Below are positions 57,479-64,000 of a stretch of DNA of 64,000 bases, piece after piece. Numbering within the stretch: position 1 is the first letter of the stretch; every line of letters starts with the position of its first letter. The DNA is from Minisyncoccota bacterium (lineage in GTDB: Bacteria > Patescibacteriota > Minisyncoccia > Phycocordibacterales > JABMNX01), in NCBI GenBank assembly GCA_965222715.1, contig OZ244961.1:268609-332608 (forward strand), given 5' to 3'. A program made the position numbers and the translations under genes. The notes under the pieces are model-generated. The model saw only the letters and a list, made by a program, of their open reading frames with translations, did no database searches and had not been told where the DNA came from.

Positions 57479-58762
57479 TCATTTTCTGCGTAACCACTCT
57501 CTATCTTGTCGCACTAAAAGCTCGTGGGCATCCTCAGGTTGCGCCATCGCCTCTTTTACCACCCTTTCCATACGCATAGATTGTGAACCTTTTACTAGAG
57601 CAACGTCACCCTTTTCAAGTATTTCACGCAATTTTTCTCCAGCGCTTGTTGAGTTCTCAAAATGGAAACAGTTGCGCTCTTCTATCCCCGCTTCAATTGC
57701 TGATTCTCTCACTCCTCGAGCTCGTACACCGACAGTAATAAGTCGATCAGCACTTTCTGCAACCTGCTTTCCAGCAGCACGATGTGCCTCAATTGAATGC
57801 ACTCCAAGCTCCATCATGTCACCAATAACTGCAAACTTTCTTCCAGACACTGAAATGTCTTTCAACACAGTGAGGGCACTAGTGAGTGCTGCTGGTGATG
57901 AATTATAGGTATCATCAATAATAACTGAACGACGCACTCCTCCAATTATCTTCATACGCCCCAAAGGGGTTTTGTGTTCCCCAAAAGCTTCTGCCATAGT
58001 AGCCATATCAAGACCAAGAGAGCCTCCAACAGCAAACGCTGCCAATGCTGGATAAATGTGCTGACGACCGAGTGCACCTTTAATAGCAAGTGGCACACTG
58101 CTACCTCGTGAGTTTATACGAAAGCTTGTCTGGCGATTTTCAAGATTGGCAGCATCGTGAGACGCCTGATACGTTGCTCCCTCAGTAAAACCAAAGGTTG
58201 TTGCAGTGTGCCGGTATTTTTGTTTTAAACTTCTGGTCTTTTCCTCATCATAGTTGAGTATTAATGTCCCCTCAGGTTTTAACGCTTGTACTAAGGCTTC
58301 TTTTTCTTCGACAACCTCTTCAACTGAATCAAAAAACTCAATATGTACGGGCACATCAGGTAATGAGGTAACTACCACAACATCTGGTTTAAGCCATTCA
58401 GTAATTGCACGTATGTCTCCTGGCCTATCAGCACCCACTTCAAGCACTAACCATTTTGGGTAATGGTTTTTGAGAATAATAAGCAGTAAACCTTCAATAA
58501 TATTCTTTACCCACAAAAAGGGGTTATTCCACGCGTTGTTGCACCCAAGAATAGTAAGCGGTACTCCAATTTCACTATTAAAACTTTTTTCACTTCTCCG
58601 TACAAAAAAACGTTTACTGATGACTGTAAAAATTGCGTCTTTTGTTGATGTCTTTCCTACATTACCAGTTATTGCGATAATCTTTGGTTTATATTTCTTT
58701 AAAACAAGTACTGCTTCCCATTGAATAATGGCGATGACTATTTTTTTAATAAATGATTTCAT
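57479..58762 (-). CDS. murF: UDP-MurNAc-tripeptide--D-Ala-D-Ala ligase
   Basis: ITGNVGKTSTK, FNSEIG.PLT, DDTYNSSP, GDMMELG, VKGS. Confidence 0.9.
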   Translation of the reverse strand: MKSFIKKIVIAIIQWEAVLVLKKYKPKIIAITGNVGKTSTKDAIFTVISKRFFVRRSEKSFNSEIGVPLTILGCNNAWNNPFLWVKNIIEGLLLIILKNHYPKWLVLEVGADRPGDIRAITEWLKPDVVVVTSLPDVPVHIEFFDSVEEVVEEKEALVQALKPEGTLILNYDEEKTRSLKQKYRHTATTFGFTEGATYQASHDAANLENRQTSFRINSRGSSVPLAIKGALGRQHIYPALAAFAVGGSLGLDMATMAEAFGEHKTPLGRMKIIGGVRRSVIIDDTYNSSPAALTSALTVLKDISVSGRKFAVIGDMMELGVHSIEAHRAAGKQVAESADRLITVGVRARGVRESAIEAGIEERNCFHFENSTSAGEKLREILEKGDVALVKGSQSMRMERVVKEAMAQPEDAHELLVRQDREWLRRK

Positions 58763-58770
58763 ACAGTAAA

Positions 58771-60483
58771 CTATCTATCTGGTGGAATATCGTAATAATT
58801 AATCAAAAATTGAACTGTATCCATAAATGGTTCAGTCAATGTCTGGGAAGCATAACGCACTTCACGTGGTTCTAAAGTAAAGAAGAAAATAAGAAACTGA
58901 GGATCATACGCTGGGAAATACCCAAAGAATGAATGGAGAAACCTGTCATCATAATACCCTCGCTCTTCAGTGTTCGCAATTTGAGCAGTTCCTGTCTTTG
59001 CAGCAATAGAATAGTTATCAATTTTTACAGTACCACCCAAAAGCGCATCATCAACCACTTTTACCAACATTCTCGTTATCTCTTCTGACGTTTCTTCTTT
59101 AAGAACACGGTCTCCATCTACATATGAAATATCTTTTGAAAGACCAGTACGATATTTTATTTCTTTTCCTAGATGCGGAGTGATGAGAACACCTCCATTT
59201 GCAAGTGCAGAGAGAGCTCGTACAGTTGCGATAGGGGTGAGTGCTATTCCCTGACCAAATGATGCTGTAGCGTACTCAATCGTTCGCGGGCTTTCTAGGT
59301 TATTAACCAATCCAATACCTTCGTTCGGGAGATCAATACCAGTTTCTTCTCCAATACCAAAACTAAGCATATACTCACGAAATACGTCAGTACCCATCTC
59401 CTCTACCAAAAAAGTTACGCCAGTATTAAGTGATTGATTGAGAACCTCTTGCATTGAAACCTCTCCTCTTCCCTCGCCGTCATAGTTTGAAATAGTAGCT
59501 CGATCAAGTTCAACGTAGCCTTTATCATAGTAGGTTGTTTTTGCAGAGACAGCGCCTGAATCCAAACCAGCTGCCATGGTGAGCGGTTTAATAATTGAGC
59601 CCATTTCATACACATTTTCAACAAGCGGGTTTGAGAAAATTGAAGCGCTTTCAGCTTCTTTGAAATTATTTACATCAAACGTGGGGTTCACCCCCATCGC
59701 GTATATATCTCCAGTTTGTGGGTTAATAATGACACCTGCTGTTTGCCTTGAGCCCCATTCAGTACTAATATCCTTAAGGGTTCTTTCTAGATAAAGTTGT
59801 ACCGATGGTTCGATCGACGTCACCACATCTCCCTCTCTACTTCCATCTCTATCAAAAAGAGTTTTATTAATATTTGAAAAAATTTCAGCAAAAAAGTTTA
59901 CGTAGGTATTATTAGTACTTCGTGAAAGTGTGTCATCATAGTATCGCTCAATACCGTAGCGACCTGAAAGCTCATCACCTTGGTATGCAATAAATCCAAT
60001 ACTATGAGCACCCAATTCTCCCCCTGGGTAATATCGCCAACGCTCTTTATGTACCTGTACACCTGCGATATCAAGATCATCTATCGCAAGTCCATCTTCT
60101 TGAGAAACTCGTTTTGCTACCTCTTCATATGGATCTCCTTTTTTGTTTGCGCGAGCTAAAAAATCATCTCTATCTATTGGAGTAATTTCATGTAATTGTT
60201 CGTACACTGACTCTGGGTCTAAGATGCGATCTGGATTTATCGAGACGGTGAAACCAGTCTTGAGTGTTGCAGCAGAGACAAGTCGATTGTCTTTATCTTT
60301 AAAGAAAATTGACCCTCTATCAAAGAGGTTTTGATTAGGTCGTACGTACTGATGATCTGCTCGTGCACTAAACTCTTCGCCGTAGACAATTTGTACAAAA
60401 TACAAGCGTGTTATTAATACCAGTGCAACAAGAATTATGACTCCAAGGACAAATCTAATACGTAGTATGAAACTAGCTCTCAT
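58771..60483 (-). CDS. ftsI: Class B penicillin-binding protein (FtsI/PBP3-like)
   Basis: RGSIF, RYYP, GIE..YD, SIIK (SxxK), SLN, KTGTAQ; in the mraZ operon. Confidence 0.88.
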   Translation of the reverse strand: MRASFILRIRFVLGVIILVALVLITRLYFVQIVYGEEFSARADHQYVRPNQNLFDRGSIFFKDKDNRLVSAATLKTGFTVSINPDRILDPESVYEQLHEITPIDRDDFLARANKKGDPYEEVAKRVSQEDGLAIDDLDIAGVQVHKERWRYYPGGELGAHSIGFIAYQGDELSGRYGIERYYDDTLSRSTNNTYVNFFAEIFSNINKTLFDRDGSREGDVVTSIEPSVQLYLERTLKDISTEWGSRQTAGVIINPQTGDIYAMGVNPTFDVNNFKEAESASIFSNPLVENVYEMGSIIKPLTMAAGLDSGAVSAKTTYYDKGYVELDRATISNYDGEGRGEVSMQEVLNQSLNTGVTFLVEEMGTDVFREYMLSFGIGEETGIDLPNEGIGLVNNLESPRTIEYATASFGQGIALTPIATVRALSALANGGVLITPHLGKEIKYRTGLSKDISYVDGDRVLKEETSEEITRMLVKVVDDALLGGTVKIDNYSIAAKTGTAQIANTEERGYYDDRFLHSFFGYFPAYDPQFLIFFFTLEPREVRYASQTLTEPFMDTVQFLINYYDIPPDR

Positions 60484-60495
60484 CTTTCTTCATCT

Positions 60496-60831
60496 CTAAC
60501 GAACTTCATTATTTTGTGAAAGGCTTCTACCGACAAGTGTGCCTCGAGTTACAAAAATCTTCTCTGAAATTGTATCAAAGCCCTCTGCTTGGGCAAATTC
60601 CATATTGATACTATCTTTTTGAGCAAGATATGCAGACTCAAGATCACTTAAACGAGAATTTACTTCTGCTATCTGAAGTTCTGTTTCTTCACGAACAACT
60701 ACATTAACAATAGATTTACCAACAAAATATACATATAAAGAAGCAAGAGTGATAATAAGTATGAAAAAGATAAGACACAGTCGCCGTTCTATGCCATAAA
60801 GATTTTGTTGTAATGTTCGTGTGTAGGACAT
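60496..60831 (-). CDS. ftsL: FtsL-like bitopic coiled-coil protein
   Basis: One TM plus short coiled coil between rsmH and ftsI; call is based on synteny. Confidence 0.55.
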   Translation of the reverse strand: MSYTRTLQQNLYGIERRLCLIFFILIITLASLYVYFVGKSIVNVVVREETELQIAEVNSRLSDLESAYLAQKDSINMEFAQAEGFDTISEKIFVTRGTLVGRSLSQNNEVR

Positions 60832-60841
60832 GTGCGTTTGT

Positions 60842-61783
60842 TTAATTGCTGATAAATACTCGTAATTTTGCGCTTCGAGACCGAGGGTTTTCTCTGATCT
60901 CCTCCCTTGTTGGACGTATTGGTTTTCGTGGCTTCATTTCACCCCTTCCGCTTTTCTGCCACTCTTGAAACACTCTCTTTACCCTACGATCTTCAATACT
61001 GTGGAAGGTAATGACTGCAATGCGCCCCTGTGGCTTTAGAAACGAGAATGCTTTTTCAAGCGCTTCCGTAATGGCTTCAATCTCATCATTTACTGCAATA
61101 CGTAGCGCTTGAAATGTTTTTGTTGCAGGATGGATGCGTTGACGCCGGTACCACGAAGGAACTGCTTCCTCAACAATTTCTTTTAATTGAGAAGTGGTTT
61201 GTATTGGTGACACCTCCCTCTTCTCAACAAGTGCTTGAGCGATTCTCTTTGCAAACTGTTCTTCACCGTATCCGCGAAGAATTGTTGTGATGTGCTCTTC
61301 ACTCCATTCATTCACAATCTGCTGTGCGGTTACAGATCCCTCTTTCGGAGTATCAGTGAGCGTCATCAAAAGTGGCTCTTCTTTTTGGAAGCTAATTCCC
61401 CGACCGCTACTTTCTAATTGAATAGAGCTAAACCCAAGGTCAAAGAGAAATGCATCGACTGCTGATATGTTGAGCTCGGTGAGTACTCGATCGAGGTTAC
61501 GAAAATTTTCTTTTACCACATGTGTGACTGGGTGCGTCCCTGTATGTGTTGCTGAAGAAGATTTTTTAAACACTTCTTCTGCTCGAGTAATAACCTCACC
61601 ATCAACATCAAGGCCTATGAACGTACCCTCTGAACCAAGCTGAGTAAGTAGTGCGGTGCTGTGACCAAGACCCCCAAGGGTTGCATCAACAACGGTATTG
61701 CTCTCCTTAACCGCAAGTGCGTCAAGTGATTCGTGTAAAAGAACTGGATAGTGAGAAGTTGTAGGCTGTGTTCTTTGCTGCAT
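60842..61783 (-). CDS. rsmH: 16S rRNA m4C1402 methyltransferase
   Basis: HYPVLL, DATLGGLGHS, DLGFSS, HPATKTFQALRIAVN, NPRSRSAKLR. Confidence 0.95.
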   Translation of the reverse strand: MQQRTQPTTSHYPVLLHESLDALAVKESNTVVDATLGGLGHSTALLTQLGSEGTFIGLDVDGEVITRAEEVFKKSSSATHTGTHPVTHVVKENFRNLDRVLTELNISAVDAFLFDLGFSSIQLESSGRGISFQKEEPLLMTLTDTPKEGSVTAQQIVNEWSEEHITTILRGYGEEQFAKRIAQALVEKREVSPIQTTSQLKEIVEEAVPSWYRRQRIHPATKTFQALRIAVNDEIEAITEALEKAFSFLKPQGRIAVITFHSIEDRRVKRVFQEWQKSGRGEMKPRKPIRPTREEIRENPRSRSAKLRVFISN

Positions 61784-61790
61784 GGTGTAA

Positions 61791-62225
61791 CTACAGAGCG
61801 CCAATCTCTCCAAGCTTTTCAGCAAGCTGATCTGCCTGCTTTTCAATACGACGCGTGTACTCACTCCACGCTTTCTCGTTCCAGATCTCAACACGGTCGT
61901 TTACTCCTGCGAAGACAACTTTTGTCTTTAAATTCGCAAAACCTTTTAAAAAATCTGGCACGAGAATACGTCCAACTGAGTCAACATCAACCTCGACTGC
62001 TCCTGAGAGCATGAAGCGGTTAAATCCTCGTGTATCCGCCTGGGCAAATGAGAGATCTTTAAGACGCTGCGCAGTCTCTTTCCATGCTTGTGGTGAATAC
62101 ATAAACAAACAATTATCGAGACCGCGTGTAATGACGACTTTTTTACCGAGTTCAGTACGAAACTTCTTCGGCAGCGAAAGCCGATTCTTTGCGTCCATTG
62201 AGTGTATGTATTCACCAATCAGCAT
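61791..62225 (-). CDS. mraZ: Division/cell-wall cluster repressor MraZ
   Basis: GEY.HSMDAKNRL, TRGLDNCL, DSVGRIL, DRVEIW. Confidence 0.95.
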   Translation of the reverse strand: MLIGEYIHSMDAKNRLSLPKKFRTELGKKVVITRGLDNCLFMYSPQAWKETAQRLKDLSFAQADTRGFNRFMLSGAVEVDVDSVGRILVPDFLKGFANLKTKVVFAGVNDRVEIWNEKAWSEYTRRIEKQADQLAEKLGEIGAL

Positions 62226-62229
62226 ATTT

Positions 62230-62297
62230 CCCACTCTTTCCCACTACATATAAAGTATATAACACTTTCCCCCACTTCTATACTATGATTATCCACA
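62230..62297 (-). promoter_or_regulatory. MraZ-box repeats (GTGGG) and a DnaA box in the mraZ upstream region
   Basis: cccac at 62230, 62240 and 62271 (about 10-bp phase); TTATCCACA at 62289-62297. Confidence 0.65.
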
Positions 62298-62355
62298 GTA
62301 CTACATTGTGTTATAGTGGCTTGAAATAGGTCTTTTTATGTAGGAGTATAAAAAT

Positions 62356-62847
62356 ATGAAGATAGCAACACTCTGTATTCCACTTACTGATACCCACGTG
62401 CTGTTGGGTAGAAAAAAGCTCCGTTTTGGGGCTGGTAAGCTAAACGGTTTTGGTGGGAAACTAAAAGAAGGAGAAACCCCTGAACAGGCAGCGGTTCGTG
62501 AATTGAATGAAGAATGTGGTATCAGATCAACTGAGGGAGATTTAGAAAAAGTTGCTGTACTACAATTCTATTTCAACAGCGATGAACCAGTTTTTCAGAT
62601 GCACACATACTTCGCTCACAAGTGGCAGGGATCTCCGCGAGAAAGTGACGAGATGACACCCCAGTGGCATAAGCGCACTGAAATCCCCTACAATGACATG
62701 TGGGATGGAGACCGTGTGTGGATGAAAGATATTTTCTCAGGCAAAAAGATTGGTGCACATGTGTACTTCATAATAGACGGCACTCCAGGAGTTGATAAAG
62801 AGGTATTTGATCGAATTGAATACGATCATTCTCTACTTCAAAACTAG
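62356..62847 (+). CDS. NUDIX hydrolase, MTH1/8-oxo-dGTPase-like
   Basis: LLGRKK..FGAGKLNGFGGK..GET...AAVRELNEE, ESDEMTPQW, IPY.DMW..D. Confidence 0.88.
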   Translation: MKIATLCIPLTDTHVLLGRKKLRFGAGKLNGFGGKLKEGETPEQAAVRELNEECGIRSTEGDLEKVAVLQFYFNSDEPVFQMHTYFAHKWQGSPRESDEMTPQWHKRTEIPYNDMWDGDRVWMKDIFSGKKIGAHVYFIIDGTPGVDKEVFDRIEYDHSLLQN

Positions 62848-62960
62848 CCCCGTTGTTTTTACGGGGTTTTGTTTATTTGCATTCATTTGACAAATGTATA
62901 CAAAATATGATATAATTAAACTATAGAGATTAGTTCTTGATAATTGAAAAGGAGGGGGCA

Positions 62961-63590
62961 ATGAGCTCGCTTTTGATTGACACCACTGTGTATGGTCTTG
63001 ATGTACGAGTGACGCTGTTGCGCGCATTCGTCATCATGTTCAGTTTCCTTGGTTTGCTCTGGTACTTCTACCAGATCGCCAAAGGTGAACAGATACTCAT
63101 TCGTTCAGCCTGGTTCCTGATTCTCGCCCTAGATGTGGTTGGGGTCCTCAGCCAGTACAAACGAGAGGTATTCGATCCGCAGCTGACCGTCTACACGGTC
63201 GGTGCCGTCATCGTGGTGCTGTTCTCCATTAAGAACGGAGAGCCGGGGATAACCCGGACCGATAAGGTCTGTGCTGGTATCGTCCTTGTCGCGATCGTAT
63301 TCATGCTCACGATCCCGACACTCGGACTTATCGCCACCCTTACTGGTTTCACTGCGGCGACCTGGCCTCTGGTGAGTGCGGCAATCTTCAAAAAACATCG
63401 CGAAGCACTTGCCACTTGGGTGCTTATGCTCATCGGAAGCATCATCGGAATCGCCGACTGCTTGCTTTCCGGTGAGGATGGCAACCTGATAACCGTGATC
63501 TGGTTCTCTGTTATCCAGATTTCGGTGATCGCGCCGGTGATATACCATCACGGTATACCCACTTTCCGAAAGACTTCGTCGGCAGTATAA
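62961..63590 (+). CDS. Multi-pass membrane hypothetical protein (GC-richer cassette)
   Basis: Promoter TTGACA(62887)-18-TATAAT, SD AAGGAGG, about 7 TMs. Confidence 0.7.
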   Translation: MSSLLIDTTVYGLDVRVTLLRAFVIMFSFLGLLWYFYQIAKGEQILIRSAWFLILALDVVGVLSQYKREVFDPQLTVYTVGAVIVVLFSIKNGEPGITRTDKVCAGIVLVAIVFMLTIPTLGLIATLTGFTAATWPLVSAAIFKKHREALATWVLMLIGSIIGIADCLLSGEDGNLITVIWFSVIQISVIAPVIYHHGIPTFRKTSSAV

Positions 63591-63604
63591 ACACAGCTGA
63601 CGAC

Positions 63605-63638
63605 AAGGCTGCACAGCACACGTGCAGCCTTTTCTTTT
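63605..63638 (+). terminator. Intrinsic terminator
   Basis: aaggctgcac-agcacac-gtgcagcctt followed by a T-tract. Confidence 0.8.
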
Positions 63639-64000
63639 TATTTACTCATCCTATAAACAACTCTTTGTAAACTAAGTTTAATAAATTCTACAGAAAACCA
63701 TTTTTATTTAAGTTTTCGATATTTAATTGATTTAGGTTCTAAATCTCCATCTAATATTTATAATTTGCTTTATTACACCAAATTAGTATCATTTAGAAAG
63801 AGTATAATGGGTCGAATTTAAAACCCCTAAATTTATTTTACTTTATGAATAAAAAAGATCAGGGCGCTATAAGGTTTAATATCAAAGAGATTAAGACTCC
63901 CCTTATGGCCTTAAAACAAGGGTGTACGGCAGTCTTCGATATTAAAAAGAATAAATAAGAATTCTCTATAAAATACTCTATCCAAAAGGATGGGGTATTT

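Noticed and set aside
1-64000. Alternative genetic code 25 (TGA=Gly) as in Gracilibacteria/Absconditabacteria
   Set aside because: Core genes are full length under code 11, and TGA terminates ORFs (e.g. 6365, 19993)

Overview
Chromosomal segment of a small-genome bacterium using genetic code 11 (TGA is used as a stop). Gene content and style point to Patescibacteria/CPR, most likely Parcubacteria; this is an inference from the short AlaRS, archaeal-type AspRS, short L13, split dcw cluster and mostly SD-less genes. Housekeeping content: a DNA-damage/metabolite-repair cluster (PD-(D/E)XK nuclease, NADAR, Ogt, Ung, HD hydrolase), alaS, the infA-rpmJ-rpsM-rpsK-rpsD-rpoA-rplQ-rplM-rpsI operon, grpE-dnaK-dnaJ, trpS-aspS-pepA-scpAB, dac-mraY-ftsW-murG-gltX-M23, rpmA, rplI, ctpA, corA-cysS, dnaB-recR, rplU, rmuC, a P-type ATPase, tRNA-Glu(CTC) and mraZ-rsmH-ftsL-ftsI-murF. 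Interspersed are many single-gene orphan cassettes, each with its own sigma70 promoter, strong SD and terminator, several with a boxA-like motif. Best candidate for an undescribed system: an AT-rich DUF3800-like (RNase H-fold) gene whose stop codon abuts a convergently transcribed ~70-nt three-hairpin RNA with its own promoter and terminator. Other notable items: a 116-bp MITE-like element inserted exactly at a start codon upstream of alaS, a tRNA-Glu-linked element that duplicates the tRNA 3' end, an AlaRS and a P-type ATPase with substitutions at specificity residues, and a DnaJ-type zinc-finger microprotein missing from the ORF track. All family calls come from motif recognition by eye; no database searches were run.
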